In this document: positions 1 to 20,315 of the stretch, in pieces
Layout: each line of letters opens with the position of its first letter
How positions within the stretch are numbered: position 1 is the stretch's first letter
NCBI RefSeq assembly: GCF_003018255.1
Contig: NZ_CP027440.1
Source: Escherichia coli
GTDB taxonomy: Bacteria; Pseudomonadota; Gammaproteobacteria; Enterobacterales; Enterobacteriaceae
Direction: 5' to 3' (one strand)
Length of the DNA stretch: 64,000 nt
The notes under the pieces: generated by a model
What the model was told of the DNA's origin: nothing
Seen by the model: the letters and a program-made list of their open reading frames with translations, nothing else
Database searches by the model: none
Made by a program: the position numbers and the translations under genes

Positions 1-1111
<1,111 letters not shown>

Positions 1112-1189
1112 TTTTTTCATCGCTCAAGGCGGGCCGTGTAACGTATAATGCGGCCTTGTTTAATCATCATCTACCACAGAGGAACATGT

Positions 1190-1459
1190 ATGGGTGGTAT
1201 CAGTATTTGGCAGTTATTGATTATTGCCGTCATCGTTGTACTGCTTTTTGGCACCAAAAAGCTCGGCTCCATCGGTTCCGATCTTGGTGCGTCGATCAAA
1301 GGCTTTAAAAAAGCAATGAGCGATGATGAACCAAAGCAGGATAAAACCAGTCAGGATGCTGATTTTACTGCGAAAACTATCGCCGATAAGCAGGCGGATA
1401 CGAATCAGGAACAGGCTAAAACAGAAGACGCGAAGCGCCACGATAAAGAGCAGGTGTAA
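1190..1459 (+). CDS. tatA: Twin-arginine translocase subunit TatA (89 aa)
   Basis: ORF-track frame 1148..1459; start placed at internal ATG 1190 giving [28 protein letters not shown]-terminal TM helix plus amphipathic helix typical of TatA. Confidence 0.9.
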   Translation: MGGISIWQLLIIAVIVVLLFGTKKLGSIGSDLGASIKGFKKAMSDDEPKQDKTSQDADFTAKTIADKQADTNQEQAKTEDAKRHDKEQV

Positions 1460-1462
1460 TCC

Positions 1463-1978
1463 GTGTTTGATATCGGTTTTAGCGAACTGCTATTGGTATT
1501 CATCATCGGCCTCGTCGTTCTGGGGCCGCAACGACTGCCTGTGGCGGTAAAAACGGTCGCGGGCTGGATTCGCGCGTTGCGTTCACTGGCGACAACGGTG
1601 CAGAACGAACTGACCCAGGAGTTAAAACTCCAGGAGTTTCAGGACAGTCTGAAAAAGGTTGAAAAGGCGAGCCTCACTAACCTGACGCCCGAACTGAAAG
1701 CGTCGATGGATGAACTACGCCAGGCCGCGGAGTCGATGAAGCGTTCCTACGTTGCAAACGATCCTGAAAAGGCGAGCGATGAAGCGCACACCATCCACAA
1801 CCCGGTGGTGAAAGACAATGAAGCTGCGCATGAAGGCGTAACGCCTGCTGCTGCACAAACGCAAGCCAGTTCGCCGGAACAGAAGCCAGAAACCACGCCA
1901 GAGCCGGTGGTAAAACCTGCTGCGGACGCTGAACCGAAAACCGCTGCACCTTCCCCTTCGTCGAGTGATAAACCGTAA
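1463..1978 (+). CDS. tatB: Twin-arginine translocase subunit TatB (171 aa)
   Basis: ORF 1463..1978, GTG start, [26 protein letters not shown]; directly follows tatA. Confidence 0.9.
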
Positions 1979-1980
1979 AC

Positions 1981-2757
1981 ATGTCTGTAGAAGATACTCA
2001 ACCGCTTATCACGCATCTGATTGAGCTGCGTAAGCGTCTGCTGAACTGCATTATCGCGGTGATCGTGATATTCCTGTGTCTGGTCTATTTCGCCAATGAC
2101 ATCTATCACCTGGTATCCGCGCCATTGATCAAGCAGTTGCCGCAAGGTTCAACGATGATCGCCACCGACGTGGCCTCGCCGTTCTTTACGCCGATCAAGC
2201 TGACCTTTATGGTGTCGCTGATTCTGTCAGCGCCGGTGATTCTCTATCAGGTGTGGGCGTTTATCGCCCCAGCGCTGTATAAGCATGAACGTCGCCTGGT
2301 GGTGCCGCTGCTGGTTTCCAGCTCTCTGTTGTTTTATATCGGCATGGCGTTCGCCTACTTTGTGGTCTTTCCGCTGGCATTTGGCTTCCTTGCCAATACC
2401 GCGCCGGAAGGGGTACAGGTATCCACCGACATCGCCAGCTATTTAAGCTTCGTTATGGCGCTGTTTATGGCGTTTGGTGTCTCCTTTGAAGTGCCGGTGG
2501 CAATAGTGCTGCTGTGCTGGATGGGAATTACCTCGCCAGAAGACTTACGCAAAAAACGTCCGTATGTGCTGGTTGGCGCATTTGTTGTCGGGATGCTGCT
2601 GACGCCGCCGGATGTCTTCTCGCAAACGCTGCTGGCGATCCCGATGTATTGCCTGTTTGAAATCGGTGTCTTCTTCTCACGCTTTTACGTTGGTAAAGGG
2701 CGAAATCGGGAAGAGGAAAACGACGCTGAAGCAGAAAGCGAAAAAACTGAAGAATAA
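1981..2757 (+). CDS. tatC: Twin-arginine translocase subunit TatC (258 aa, polytopic membrane protein)
   Basis: ORF 1981..2757; multiple TM segments; tatABC operon order. Confidence 0.93.
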
Positions 2758-2798
2758 ATTCAACCGCCCGTCAGGGCGGTTGTCATATGGAGTACAGG

Positions 2799-4111
<1,313 letters not shown>

Positions 4112-4232
4112 TTACGCTAAGTTAATTATATTCCCCGGTTTGCGTTATACCGTCAGAGTTCACGCTAATTTAACAAATTTACAGCATCGCAAAGATGAAC
4201 GCCGTATAATGGGCGCAGATTAAGAGGCTACA

Positions 4233-5726
4233 ATGGACGCCATGAAATATAACGATTTACGCGACTTCTTGACGCTGCTTGAACAGCAGGGTGAGCTAAA
4301 ACGTATCACGCTCCCGGTGGATCCGCACCTGGAAATCACTGAAATTGCTGACCGCACTTTGCGTGCCGGTGGGCCTGCGCTGTTGTTCGAAAACCCTAAA
4401 GGCTACTCAATGCCGGTGCTGTGCAACCTGTTCGGTACGCCAAAGCGCGTGGCGATGGGCATGGGGCAGGAAGATGTTTCGGCGCTGCGTGAAGTTGGTA
4501 AATTATTGGCGTTTCTGAAAGAGCCGGAGCCGCCAAAAGGTTTCCGCGACCTGTTTGATAAACTGCCGCAGTTTAAGCAAGTATTGAACATGCCGACAAA
4601 GCGGCTGCGTGGTGCGCCTTGCCAACAAAAAATCGTCTCTGGCGATGACGTCGATCTCAATCGTATTCCCATTATGACCTGCTGGCCGGAAGATGCCGCG
4701 CCGCTGATTACCTGGGGGCTCACCGTAACGCGCGGCCCGCATAAAGAGCGGCAGAATCTGGGCATTTATCGCCAGCAGCTAATTGGTAAAAACAAACTGA
4801 TTATGCGCTGGCTGTCGCATCGCGGCGGCGCGTTGGATTATCAGGAGTGGTGTGCGGCGCATCCGGGCGAACGTTTCCCGGTTTCTGTGGCGCTGGGTGC
4901 CGATCCCGCCACGATTCTCGGTGCAGTCACCCCCGTTCCGGATACGCTTTCAGAGTATGCGTTTGCCGGATTGCTGCGCGGCACCAAGACCGAAGTGGTG
5001 AAGTGTATCTCCAATGACCTTGAAGTGCCCGCCAGTGCGGAGATTGTGCTGGAAGGGTATATCGAACAAGGCGAAACTGCGCCGGAAGGGCCGTATGGCG
5101 ACCACACCGGTTACTATAACGAAGTCGATAGTTTTCCGGTATTTACCGTGACGCATATTACCCAGCGTGAAGATGCGATTTATCATTCCACCTATACCGG
5201 GCGTCCGCCAGATGAACCTGCGGTACTGGGTGTAGCACTGAACGAAGTGTTCGTGCCGATTCTGCAAAAACAGTTCCCGGAAATTGTCGATTTTTATCTG
5301 CCGCCGGAAGGCTGTTCTTATCGTCTGGCGGTAGTGACGATCAAAAAACAGTATGCCGGACACGCGAAGCGCGTCATGATGGGCGTCTGGTCGTTCTTAC
5401 GCCAGTTTATGTACACTAAATTTGTGATCGTTTGCGATGATGACGTCAACGCCCGCGACTGGAACGATGTGATTTGGGCGATTACCACCCGTATGGACCC
5501 GGCGCGGGATACCGTTCTGGTAGAAAATACGCCTATTGATTATCTGGATTTTGCCTCCCCTGTCTCCGGGCTGGGTTCAAAAATGGGGCTGGATGCCACG
5601 AATAAATGGCCGGGGGAAACCCAGCGTGAATGGGGACGTCCCATCAAAAAAGATCCAGATGTTGTCGCGCATATTGACGCCATTTGGGATGAACTGGCTA
5701 TTTTTAACAACGGTAAAAGCGCCTGA
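4233..5726 (+). CDS. ubiD: 3-octaprenyl-4-hydroxybenzoate decarboxylase UbiD (497 aa)
   Basis: ORF 4233..5726; UbiD-family length and motifs; synteny rfaH-ubiD-fre. Confidence 0.93.
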   Translation: MDAMKYNDLRDFLTLLEQQGELKRITLPVDPHLEITEIADRTLRAGGPALLFENPKGYSMPVLCNLFGTPKRVAMGMGQEDVSALREVGKLLAFLKEPEPPKGFRDLFDKLPQFKQVLNMPTKRLRGAPCQQKIVSGDDVDLNRIPIMTCWPEDAAPLITWGLTVTRGPHKERQNLGIYRQQLIGKNKLIMRWLSHRGGALDYQEWCAAHPGERFPVSVALGADPATILGAVTPVPDTLSEYAFAGLLRGTKTEVVKCISNDLEVPASAEIVLEGYIEQGETAPEGPYGDHTGYYNEVDSFPVFTVTHITQREDAIYHSTYTGRPPDEPAVLGVALNEVFVPILQKQFPEIVDFYLPPEGCSYRLAVVTIKKQYAGHAKRVMMGVWSFLRQFMYTKFVIVCDDDVNARDWNDVIWAITTRMDPARDTVLVENTPIDYLDFASPVSGLGSKMGLDATNKWPGETQREWGRPIKKDPDVVAHIDAIWDELAIFNNGKSA

Positions 5727-5771
5727 TGCGCGTTTGTTTTGCCCTATTTATCGATCCGACAGAGAAAGCGC

Positions 5772-6473
5772 ATGACAACCTTAAGCTGTAAAGTGACCTC
5801 GGTAGAAGCTATCACGGATACCGTATATCGTGTCCGCATCGTGCCAGACGCGGCCTTTTCTTTTCGTGCTGGTCAGTATTTGATGGTAGTGATGGATGAG
5901 CGCGACAAACGTCCGTTCTCAATGGCTTCGACGCCAGATGAAAAAGGGTTTATCGAGCTGCATATTGGCGCTTCTGAAATCAACCTTTACGCGAAAGCAG
6001 TCATGGACCGCATCCTCAAAGATCATCAAATCGTGGTCGATATTCCCCACGGAGAAGCGTGGCTGCGCGATGATGAAGAGCGTCCGATGATTTTGATTGC
6101 GGGCGGCACCGGGTTCTCTTATGCCCGCTCGATTTTGCTGACAGCGTTGGCGCGTAACCCAAACCGTGATATCACCATTTACTGGGGCGGGCGTGAAGAG
6201 CAGCATCTGTATGATCTCTGCGAGCTTGAGGCGCTTTCGTTGAAGCATCCTGGTCTACAAGTGGTGCCGGTGGTTGAACAACCGGAAGCGGGCTGGCGTG
6301 GGCGTACTGGCACCGTGTTAACGGCGGTATTGCAGGATCATGGTACGCTGGCAGAGCATGATATCTATATTGCCGGACGTTTTGAGATGGCGAAAATTGC
6401 CCGTGACCTGTTTTGCAGCGAGCGTAATGCGCGGGAAGATCGCCTGTTTGGCGATGCGTTTGCATTTATCTGA
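5772..6473 (+). CDS. fre: NAD(P)H-flavin reductase Fre (233 aa)
   Basis: ORF-track frame 5739..6473; start placed at [14 protein letters not shown]; ferredoxin-NADP reductase-like fold motifs (RPFSMAS, GGTGFS). Confidence 0.9.
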
Positions 6474-6480
6474 GATATAA

Positions 6481-6512
6481 AAAACCCGCCCCTGACAGGC
6501 GGGAAGAACGGC
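6481..6512. terminator. GC-rich hairpin (cccgcccctgacaggcggg) flanked by an A-run on the plus strand, which is a T-run on the minus strand; likely terminator for the convergent fadBA transcript and/or fre
   Basis: Inverted repeat read directly; U-tract is on the minus-strand side. Confidence 0.4.
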
Positions 6513-6540
6513 AACTAAAACTTTATACAGTGGCATTTAG

Positions 6541-6660
6541 ATCTATGTCGCATCCGGCATTCGGCACACGCTGCCTGATGCGACGCTGGCGCGTCTTATC
6601 AGGCCTACAATTGGTGCAGGATCGGTAGACCGGATAAGGCGTTCACGCCGCATCTGGCAA
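6541..6660. repeat. REP/BIME-type repetitive extragenic palindromes
   Basis: Motifs gatgcgacgctggcgcgtcttatcaggcctac and ccggataaggcgttcacgccgcatc in inverted orientation between fre and fadA. Confidence 0.6.
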
Positions 6661-6664
6661 GTGG

Positions 6665-7837
<1,173 letters not shown>

Positions 7838-10027
7838 TTAAGCCGTTTTCAGGTCGCCAACCGGACGGGCTGGCTCAACCGGGGGATAGTACGGTTCGTT
7901 ATGACGCGCTTTATTACGCAGACCTTCCGGCACTTCATACAGCGGGCCGAGGTGCTGATATTGTTGTGCCATATCGAGGTATTTTGCGCTACCGAGGGTG
8001 TCCAGCCAGCGGAACGCACCACCGTGGAACGGAGGGAAGCCCAGGCCGTAGACCAGCGCCATATCCGCTTCTGCTGGAGTGGCGATAATGCCTTCTTCCA
8101 GACAGCGCACCACTTCGTTGACCATCGGGATCATCATGCGGGCGATAATCTCTTCTTCGCGGAAATCGCGCTTCGGCTGGCTCACTTCTGCCAGCAGGTC
8201 GTCAACAGCGGCGTCTTCTTCTTTCTTCGGCTTACCTTTGCTGTCTTCTTTATAACGCCAGAAACCGAGGCCGTTCTTCTGACCAAAGCGGTTGGCATCA
8301 AACAGCGCGTCGATGGCATCGCGATAATCTTTCTGCATCCGCTGCGGGAAGCCTGCTGCCATGACAGCCTGGGCATGATGCGCGGTGTCAATGCCCACAA
8401 CGTCCAGCAGATATGCCGGACCCATAGGCCAGCCAAACTGTTTTTCCATCACTTTGTCGATCTTGCGGAAATCCGCGCCGTCGCGCAGCAGCTGGCTGAA
8501 ACCGGCGAAATACGGGAACAGCACGCGGTTAACAAAGAAGCCGGGGCAGTCGTTAACCACAATCGGCGTCTTGCCCATCTTGCTCGCCCAGGCGACAACT
8601 TTCGCGATGGTTTCGTCGGAGCTTTTCTCGCCGCGAATAATTTCCACCAACGGCATTCGGTGGACCGGGTTAAAGAAGTGCATCCCGCAGAAGTTTTCCG
8701 GACGCTCCAGCGCGTTGGCCAGTTCGCTGATAGGAATGGTTGAAGTGTTAGACGCCAGCACGGTATCCGGGCGTACTTTTTGTTCGGTTTCTGCCAGTAC
8801 GGCTTTTTTCACTTTCGGGTTTTCAACAACCGCTTCTACCACAATATCCACGCGGTCAAACCCGGCGTAGTCGAGCGTTGGGTGGATTGTAGAGATCACG
8901 CCAGCCAGTTTCAGACCATCGATCTTGCCGCGCTCAAGCTGCTTGTTCAGCAGTTTCGCTGCTTCGGTCATGCCGAGGGTTAACGACTTGTCGTTAATAT
9001 CTTTCATGACAACCGGCACGCCTTTCCACGCAGACTGGTAAGCGATGCCGCCGCCCATAATGCCTGCGCCCAGCACAGCGGCCTGTTTCGGCGTTTCAAC
9101 GTCTTTGGTGAGTTTCTTCGCTTTGCCTTTTACATATTGATCGTTAAGGAATATGCCGACCAGTGCGCGAGCTTCGTTGGTATGCGCCAGCGGGACAAAA
9201 CTTTTGTTTTCCAGGTTTAGGGCTTCTTCACGACCAAAACGGGCCGCAGCTTCAATGGTTTTTACTGCGGTGATGGGGGCCGGATAATGTTTCCCCGCCG
9301 TTTGTGCGACCATCCCTTTAGCGATGGTGAAGCTCATGGTGGCTTCAATCTTGCTCAGTTTTAGCGGTTCCAGCTTCGGCTGACGTTTCGCTTTCCAGTC
9401 GAGGTCGCCGTTAATGGCCTGGCGTAAAATCGCCATCGCCCCTTCAATCAGTTTTTCTGCTTTGACTACGCCATCCACCAGACCGATTTTCAGCGCTTGA
9501 TCCGCGCCGACATCTTTACCGGCGGCAATGATTTCCAGCGCACTGTCAGCGCCCAGCATACGTGGCATACGTACAGAACCGCCAAAGCCCGGCATGATGC
9601 CCAGTTTGGTTTCCGGCAGACCGATGCGCAGATCCGGCGTCGCCAGACGATAATCGGTCGCCAGCACGCATTCGCAGCCACCGCCCAGCGCATAGCCGTT
9701 GACGGCAGCAATGGTCGGCACCGGCAGATCTTCCAGGCGATTAAACACGCTATTGGCAAAATGTAGCCACTGGCTTAACTGTTCTTCAGGAACGAGGAAC
9801 AGGGACAAAAATTCGGTGATATCAGCACCGACGATAAAGGCTGCTTTGTTCGAACGCAGCAGCAGCCCTTTTAGATCTGATTGCTGTTCCAGCACGCCGA
9901 TGGCCTCGCCGAGGCTGGCGACGGTGGCAGTGTCGAGTTTATTAACTGAACCTGGGGCATCAAATACCAGTTCGGCAATGCCATCTTCCAGCCAGTCAAG
10001 GTACAGGGTGTCGCCTTTGTAAAGCAT
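7838..10027 (-). CDS. fadB: Fatty-acid oxidation complex alpha subunit FadB (enoyl-CoA hydratase / 3-hydroxyacyl-CoA dehydrogenase, 729 aa)
   Basis: ORF-track frame 7838..10153 minus; start placed at internal Met ([16 protein letters not shown]) at 10027; crotonase and NAD-binding domains. Confidence 0.93.
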   Translation of the reverse strand: MLYKGDTLYLDWLEDGIAELVFDAPGSVNKLDTATVASLGEAIGVLEQQSDLKGLLLRSNKAAFIVGADITEFLSLFLVPEEQLSQWLHFANSVFNRLEDLPVPTIAAVNGYALGGGCECVLATDYRLATPDLRIGLPETKLGIMPGFGGSVRMPRMLGADSALEIIAAGKDVGADQALKIGLVDGVVKAEKLIEGAMAILRQAINGDLDWKAKRQPKLEPLKLSKIEATMSFTIAKGMVAQTAGKHYPAPITAVKTIEAAARFGREEALNLENKSFVPLAHTNEARALVGIFLNDQYVKGKAKKLTKDVETPKQAAVLGAGIMGGGIAYQSAWKGVPVVMKDINDKSLTLGMTEAAKLLNKQLERGKIDGLKLAGVISTIHPTLDYAGFDRVDIVVEAVVENPKVKKAVLAETEQKVRPDTVLASNTSTIPISELANALERPENFCGMHFFNPVHRMPLVEIIRGEKSSDETIAKVVAWASKMGKTPIVVNDCPGFFVNRVLFPYFAGFSQLLRDGADFRKIDKVMEKQFGWPMGPAYLLDVVGIDTAHHAQAVMAAGFPQRMQKDYRDAIDALFDANRFGQKNGLGFWRYKEDSKGKPKKEEDAAVDDLLAEVSQPKRDFREEEIIARMMIPMVNEVVRCLEEGIIATPAEADMALVYGLGFPPFHGGAFRWLDTLGSAKYLDMAQQYQHLGPLYEVPEGLRNKARHNEPYYPPVEPARPVGDLKTA

Positions 10028-10052
10028 GTCAGTCTCCTGAATCCGCAAGGTG

Positions 10053-10069
10053 ATCTGGTCGTACCAGAT
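10053..10069. promoter_or_regulatory. Candidate FadR operator in the fadBA promoter (palindrome atctggtcgtaccagat)
   Basis: Perfect 17-bp palindrome about 25 bp upstream of the fadB start; resembles the FadR consensus AACTGGTC-N-GACCAGTT. Confidence 0.55.
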
Positions 10070-10216
10070 GCATCGAAGTGTGTATTTTGTGTTAAAAATA
10101 TGCAAATAAAAGATTAAAGAAATGCCGATCTGATCACGCTCGGCAGAAATCACGCTCTGGATGAACGATGTGCTAAGATGCGGAGACTTAAGGTCAAAAA
10201 AACAGAAGGGTAAAAA

Positions 10217-11548
10217 ATGGAATCACTGGCCTCGCTCTATAAAAATCATATAGCTACCTTACAGGAACGGACTCGCGATGCGCTGGCGCGCTTCAAGCTG
10301 GATGCGTTACTTATTCACTCCGGCGAACTGTTCAACGTTTTTCTCGACGATCATCCCTATCCGTTTAAAGTGAATCCGCAATTCAAAGCGTGGGTGCCGG
10401 TAACTCAGGTGCCAAACTGCTGGCTGCTGGTGGATGGCGTGAACAAGCCGAAACTGTGGTTTTATCTGCCGGTTGATTACTGGCACAACGTCGAACCGCT
10501 GCCGACCTCCTTCTGGACTGAAGATGTAGAAGTGATCGCGCTGCCGAAAGCCGATGGCATTGGTAGCCTGCTGCCTGCTGCGCGCGGGAATATCGGTTAT
10601 ATCGGTCCGGTGCCGGAGCGTGCGCTGCAACTGGGTATTGAGGCCAGCAATATCAACCCGAAAGGGGTGATCGACTACCTGCATTACTACCGCTCCTTCA
10701 AAACCGAGTACGAACTGGCCTGTATGCGTGAAGCGCAGAAAATGGCGGTCAACGGTCATCGCGCGGCAGAAGAAGCGTTCCGTTCTGGCATGAGCGAGTT
10801 CGATATCAATATTGCCTATCTGACCGCGACCGGTCATCGTGATACCGACGTACCTTACAGCAACATTGTGGCGCTTAACGAACACGCTGCGGTGTTGCAT
10901 TACACCAAACTGGACCACCAGGCACCGGAAGAGATGCGCAGCTTCCTGCTGGATGCCGGGGCCGAATATAACGGCTATGCGGCTGACCTGACCCGTACCT
11001 GGTCGGCAAAAAGCGACAACGACTACGCACAGCTGGTGAAAGACGTAAATGATGAGCAACTGGCGCTGATCGCCACCATGAAAGCAGGCGTCAGCTATGT
11101 GGATTACCATATCCAGTTCCATCAGCGCATCGCCAAACTGCTGCGTAAACATCAAATCATCACCGATATGAGTGAAGAAGCGATGGTCGAAAACGATCTC
11201 ACCGGACCGTTTATGCCGCACGGTATCGGCCATCCGCTGGGCCTGCAGGTGCATGACGTAGCCGGTTTCATGCAGGATGATAGCGGTACGCACCTCGCGG
11301 CACCGGCAAAATATCCGTACCTGCGCTGCACCCGTATTCTCCAGCCGGGCATGGTGTTAACCATCGAGCCGGGTATCTACTTCATCGAATCGCTACTGGC
11401 ACCGTGGCGTGAAGGGCAGTTCAGTAAACACTTTAACTGGCAGAAAATTGAAGTACTGAAACCGTTCGGCGGCATTCGTATCGAAGACAACGTGGTGATC
11501 CACGAAAACAACGTGGAGAACATGACCCGGGATCTGAAACTGGCGTGA
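10217..11548 (+). CDS. pepQ: Xaa-Pro dipeptidase PepQ (prolidase, 443 aa)
   Basis: ORF 10217..11548; M24 metallopeptidase motifs; divergent from fadBA. Confidence 0.93.
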   Translation: MESLASLYKNHIATLQERTRDALARFKLDALLIHSGELFNVFLDDHPYPFKVNPQFKAWVPVTQVPNCWLLVDGVNKPKLWFYLPVDYWHNVEPLPTSFWTEDVEVIALPKADGIGSLLPAARGNIGYIGPVPERALQLGIEASNINPKGVIDYLHYYRSFKTEYELACMREAQKMAVNGHRAAEEAFRSGMSEFDINIAYLTATGHRDTDVPYSNIVALNEHAAVLHYTKLDHQAPEEMRSFLLDAGAEYNGYAADLTRTWSAKSDNDYAQLVKDVNDEQLALIATMKAGVSYVDYHIQFHQRIAKLLRKHQIITDMSEEAMVENDLTGPFMPHGIGHPLGLQVHDVAGFMQDDSGTHLAAPAKYPYLRCTRILQPGMVLTIEPGIYFIESLLAPWREGQFSKHFNWQKIEVLKPFGGIRIEDNVVIHENNVENMTRDLKLA

Positions 11549-12162
11549 TGGAAAGCTGGTTAATTCCTGCGGCACCGGTCACGGTCGTTGAAGAGATTAA
11601 AAAGAGCCGCTTCATTACGCTGTTGGCGCATACCGATGGCGTTGAGGCGGCGAAAGCGTTTGTTGAATCGGTGCGAGCAGAACACCCCGATGCCCGCCAC
11701 CATTGCGTGGCGTGGGTGGCGGGTGCGCCTGACGATTCACAACAGCTGGGTTTCTCTGACGACGGGGAGCCGACGGGAACGGCAGGTAAACCGATGCTCG
11801 CCCAACTAATGGGCAGCGGCGTCGGGGAAATTACCGCTGTGGTGGTGCGCTACTACGGCGGCATATTGCTTGGCACCGGTGGGTTAGTGAAAGCGTATGG
11901 CGGCGGCGTGAATCAGGCGCTGCGCCAGCTAACGACCCAACGCAAGACACCATTAACCGAATATACTTTGCAATGTGAATATAGTCAGTTAACCGGCATT
12001 GAAGCGTTGCTGGGGCAGTGTGACGGCAAAATTATCAACAGTGATTATCAGGCATTCGTTCTGCTGCGGGTGGCGCTTCCGGCGGCGAAAGTGGCTGAAT
12101 TTTCCGCAAAGCTGGCGGATTTTAGCCGTGGTTCATTGCAATTGTTAGCGATTGAAGAATAA
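11545..12162 (+). CDS. yigZ: IMPACT-family protein YigZ
   Basis: ORF 11545..12162, start overlaps the pepQ stop (ATGATGG); conserved position between pepQ and trkH. Confidence 0.8.
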   Translation: MMESWLIPAAPVTVVEEIKKSRFITLLAHTDGVEAAKAFVESVRAEHPDARHHCVAWVAGAPDDSQQLGFSDDGEPTGTAGKPMLAQLMGSGVGEITAVVVRYYGGILLGTGGLVKAYGGGVNQALRQLTTQRKTPLTEYTLQCEYSQLTGIEALLGQCDGKIINSDYQAFVLLRVALPAAKVAEFSAKLADFSRGSLQLLAIEE

Positions 12163-12200
12163 TCCCCACTTCGTTTTGCAGAACTAAGGAAGCGGCAGAG

Positions 12201-13652
12201 ATGCATTTTCGCGCCATTACCCGAATCGTTGGACTACTGGTCATCTTATTTTCAGGGACCATGATTATCCCTGGGCTGGTAGCACTCATCTACCGGGATG
12301 GAGCGGGCCGCGCTTTTACCCAGACCTTTTTTGTCGCCCTCGCCATTGGCTCTATGCTGTGGTGGCCGAACCGCAAAGAGAAGGGCGAACTGAAATCCCG
12401 TGAGGGGTTTCTGATAGTGGTGCTGTTCTGGACCGTGCTGGGTAGCGTCGGTGCGCTCCCTTTTATCTTCTCGGAAAGCCCGAACCTCACGATTACCGAT
12501 GCGTTTTTTGAATCTTTCTCTGGCCTGACCACCACGGGGGCCACTACGCTAGTGGGGCTGGATTCGCTCCCTCACGCCATCCTCTTTTATCGCCAGATGC
12601 TGCAATGGTTTGGCGGGATGGGGATCATCGTGTTAGCGGTTGCGATACTGCCTATCCTCGGCGTGGGTGGGATGCAGCTCTATCGCGCAGAAATGCCCGG
12701 CCCGCTGAAAGATAACAAAATGCGCCCGCGAATTGCGGAAACGGCGAAAACCCTGTGGTTGATTTATGTCTTGCTGACCGTCGCCTGTGCGCTGGCGTTG
12801 TGGTTTGCCGGAATGGATGCCTTTGATGCCATCGGCCATAGCTTTGCGACTATCGCTATTGGCGGCTTCTCGACACATGATGCCAGTATCGGTTATTTCG
12901 ACAGCCCGACTATTAACACTATCATTGCTATCTTCCTGCTGATCTCCGGCTGTAACTACGGTCTGCACTTTTCACTGTTAAGTGGGCGTAGTCTGAAGGT
13001 TTATTGGCGCGATCCGGAATTTCGCATGTTTATCGGCGTACAGTTTACGCTGGTGGTTATTTGTACACTCGTACTGTGGTTTCATAATGTCTACAGTTCG
13101 GCGCTGATGACAATTAACCAGGCGTTTTTCCAGGTGGTATCGATGGCGACAACCGCCGGGTTTACGACTGACAGCATTGCCCGCTGGCCGCTCTTTTTGC
13201 CGGTACTGCTCTTATGTTCAGCTTTTATCGGCGGTTGCGCCGGGTCAACGGGCGGTGGCCTGAAAGTGATCCGCATCCTGCTGCTGTTTAAGCAGGGGAA
13301 CCGTGAGCTGAAACGACTGGTGCATCCGAACGCCGTCTATAGCATTAAGCTGGGGAATCGCGCACTGCCGGAACGTATCCTCGAAGCCGTGTGGGGATTT
13401 TTCTCCGCCTATGCATTGGTGTTTATTGTCAGTATGCTGGCGATTATCGCCACGGGCGTGGATGACTTTTCTGCCTTTGCCTCGGTTGTTGCGACATTGA
13501 ATAACCTGGGGCCAGGGCTTGGTGTGGTTGCTGATAACTTTACCAGTATGAACCCGGTGGCTAAATGGATCCTGATTGCCAACATGCTGTTTGGTCGTCT
13601 CGAGGTCTTTACATTGCTGGTGCTCTTTACCCCGACTTTCTGGCGTGAATGA
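12201..13652 (+). CDS. trkH: Potassium uptake protein TrkH (483 aa, polytopic)
   Basis: ORF 12201..13652; many TM helices; synteny. Confidence 0.93.
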   Translation: MHFRAITRIVGLLVILFSGTMIIPGLVALIYRDGAGRAFTQTFFVALAIGSMLWWPNRKEKGELKSREGFLIVVLFWTVLGSVGALPFIFSESPNLTITDAFFESFSGLTTTGATTLVGLDSLPHAILFYRQMLQWFGGMGIIVLAVAILPILGVGGMQLYRAEMPGPLKDNKMRPRIAETAKTLWLIYVLLTVACALALWFAGMDAFDAIGHSFATIAIGGFSTHDASIGYFDSPTINTIIAIFLLISGCNYGLHFSLLSGRSLKVYWRDPEFRMFIGVQFTLVVICTLVLWFHNVYSSALMTINQAFFQVVSMATTAGFTTDSIARWPLFLPVLLLCSAFIGGCAGSTGGGLKVIRILLLFKQGNRELKRLVHPNAVYSIKLGNRALPERILEAVWGFFSAYALVFIVSMLAIIATGVDDFSAFASVVATLNNLGPGLGVVADNFTSMNPVAKWILIANMLFGRLEVFTLLVLFTPTFWRE

Positions 13653-13663
13653 TGGAGTAATAC

Positions 13664-14209
13664 GTGAAAACATTAATTCTTTTCTCAACAAGGGACGGAC
13701 AAACGCGCGAGATTGCCTCCTACCTGGCTTCGGAACTGAAAGAACTGGGGATCCAGGCGGATGTCGCCAATGTGCACCGCATTGAAGAACCACAGTGGGA
13801 AAACTACGACCGTGTGGTCATTGGTGCTTCTATTCGCTATGGTCACTACCACTCTGCGTTCCAGGAGTTTGTCAAAAAGCATGCGACGCGACTGAATTCG
13901 ATGCCGAGCGCCTTTTACTCCGTAAACCTGGTGGCGCGTAAACCGGAGAAGCGTACTCCACAGACCAACAGCTACGCGCGGAAGTTTCTGATGAGTTCAC
14001 AATGGCGTCCCGATCGCTGTGCCGTCATTGCCGGGGCGCTGCGTTACCCACGTTATCGCTGGTACGACCGTTTTATGATCAAGCTGATTATGAAGATGTC
14101 AGGCGGTGAAACGGATACGCGCAAAGAAGTTGTCTATACCGATTGGGAGCAGGTGGCGAATTTCGCCCGAGAAATCGCCCATTTAACCGACAAACCGACG
14201 CTGAAATAA
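13664..14209 (+). CDS. hemG: Protoporphyrinogen IX dehydrogenase (menaquinone-dependent) HemG, flavodoxin-like (181 aa)
   Basis: ORF 13664..14209, GTG start; [22 protein letters not shown] flavodoxin motif; immediately upstream of an rRNA operon as for rrnA. Confidence 0.9.
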   Translation: MKTLILFSTRDGQTREIASYLASELKELGIQADVANVHRIEEPQWENYDRVVIGASIRYGHYHSAFQEFVKKHATRLNSMPSAFYSVNLVARKPEKRTPQTNSYARKFLMSSQWRPDRCAVIAGALRYPRYRWYDRFMIKLIMKMSGGETDTRKEVVYTDWEQVANFAREIAHLTDKPTLK

Positions 14210-14220
14210 GCATAAAGAAT

Positions 14221-14460
14221 AAAAAATGTGCGGTCAGAAAATTATTTTAAATTTCCTCTTGTCAGGCCGGAATAACTCCCTATAATGCGCCACCACTGAC
14301 ACGGAACAACGGCAAACACGCCGCCGGGTCAGCGGGGTTCTCCTGAGAATCTCAACAGAGAAAAGCAAAAAAATGCTTGACTCTGTAGCGGGAAGGCGTA
14401 TTATGCACACCCCGCGCCGCTGAGAAAAAGTGAAGCGGCACTGCTCTTTAACAATTTATC
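14221..14460 (+). promoter_or_regulatory. rRNA operon tandem promoters P1 and P2 with upstream AT-rich UP/Fis region and boxA antiterminator
   Basis: P1 -35 ttgtca (14259-14264) and -10 tataat (14281-14286) with GC-rich discriminator; P2 -35 ttgact (14377-14382) and -10 tattat; boxA tgctctttaacaa at 14443-14455. Confidence 0.75.
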
Positions 14461-14585
14461 AGACAATCTGTGTGGGCACTCGAAGATACGGATTCTTAAC
14501 GTCGCAAGACGAAAAATGAATACCAAGTCTCAAGAGTGAACACGTAATTCATTACGAAGTTTAATTCTTTGAGCATCAAACTTTT

Positions 14586-16127
<1,542 letters not shown>

Positions 16128-16195
16128 CCTTAAAGAAGCGTACTTTGCAGTGCTCACACAGATTGTCTGATGAAAATGAGCAGTAAAACCTCTAC

Positions 16196-16272
<77 letters not shown>

Positions 16273-16314
16273 AATTTGCACGGCAAATTTGAAGAGGTTT
16301 TAACTACATGTTAT

Positions 16315-16390
16315 GGGGCTATAGCTCAGCTGGGAGAGCGCCTGCTTTGCACGCAGGAGGTCTGCGGTTCGATCCCGCATAGCTCCACCA
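16315..16390 (+). tRNA. alaT: tRNA-Ala (anticodon TGC) in the 16S-23S spacer
   Basis: ggggctatagctcagctgggagagcgcctgctttgcacgcaggaggtctgcggttcgatcccgcatagctccacca. Confidence 0.97.
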
Positions 16391-16564
16391 TCTCTGTAGT
16401 GATTAAATAAAAAATACTTCAGAGTGTACCTGCAAAGGTTCACTGCGAAGTTTTGCTCTTTAAAAATCTGGATCAAGCTGAAAATTGAAACACTGAACAA
16501 CGAAAGTTGTTCGTGAGTCTCTCAAATTTTCGCAACTCTGAAGTGAAACATCTTCGGGTTGTGA

Positions 16565-19470
<2,906 letters not shown>

Positions 19471-19567
19471 ACAACGCCGAAGATGTTTTGGCGGATGAGA
19501 GAAGATTTTCAGCCTGATACAGATTAAATCGACATGTCATAACGAGACGTGTTGATAAAACAGAATT

Positions 19568-19687
19568 TGCCTGGCGGCCTTAGCGCGGTGGTCCCACCTG
19601 ACCCCATGCCGAACTCAGAAGTGAAACGCCGTAGCGCCGATGGTAGTGTGGGGTCTCCCCATGCGAGAGTAGGGAACTGCCAGGCAT
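19568..19687 (+). rRNA. rrfA: 5S ribosomal RNA
   Basis: tgcctggcggccttagcgcggtggtcccacctgacccc ... gggaactgccaggcat; 120 nt. Confidence 0.97.
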
Positions 19688-19747
19688 CAAATTAAGCAGA
19701 AGGCTATCCGTCAGGATGGCCTTTTTGCGCTGGAGCAGAATAAATAC

Positions 19748-19782
19748 CGGATGCGACGCTGGCGCGTCTTATCCAGCCTACT
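19748..19782. repeat. REP-like palindromic element downstream of the rRNA operon
   Basis: ccggatgcgacgctggcgcgtcttatccagcctac, same family as the elements at 6541-6660. Confidence 0.4.
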
Positions 19783-19787
19783 TTTGC

Positions 19788-20315
19788 TTATCCGTCCTGC
19801 TTTTGCATCCACTCCACCACAAAATCAGCCAGCCCCTCAACATCATTAATATCCATTAACGCGACATCAAGATTAAGCGGCACATCACTGGCTACAGCAA
19901 TAACATGTCTGTCTATCACTAATTCTTCCGGTCGATGTCCGGCTCCATCGCGAAACAGCACAATCTTTGCGATCTCTTCATGCTTAAACCCTTCGACCAG
20001 AATCAAATCCAGCTTTGAGGTATCCATTCGACTTGCGAGAAAATGTAGATCCAGCTCTTCTTCGTCTGGTGTTTCCGTCATCAAGGCCCATCGTTGCTGG
20101 CTGGCAACGATGGTTTGTGCCGCGCCAGCCTTGCGCAACTCATAGCTATCTTTGCCCGGTTTATCAACATCCATATCATGGTGCGTATGCTTAATCAGTC
20201 CCGGACGGATCCCTCTGGCGCATAATACCGGGATCAGTTTTTTCAGCAGTGTAGTTTTTCCAGTACCACTCCACGCGGCAAAGGCGAGTAACGGTATCAT
20301 CGTTTTTCCTGCCAT
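19788..20315 (-). CDS. mobB: Molybdopterin-guanine dinucleotide biosynthesis adapter protein MobB (P-loop GTPase)
   Basis: ORF 19788..20315 minus; Walker [10 protein letters not shown]; overlaps the mobA 3' end. Confidence 0.9.
   Translation of the reverse strand: MAGKTMIPLLAFAAWSGTGKTTLLKKLIPVLCARGIRPGLIKHTHHDMDVDKPGKDSYELRKAGAAQTIVASQQRWALMTETPDEEELDLHFLASRMDTSKLDLILVEGFKHEEIAKIVLFRDGAGHRPEELVIDRHVIAVASDVPLNLDVALMDINDVEGLADFVVEWMQKQDG

Noticed and set aside
10307-11293. 328-aa minus-strand ORF antisense to pepQ
   Set aside because: Shadow ORF; pepQ frame supported by metallopeptidase motifs
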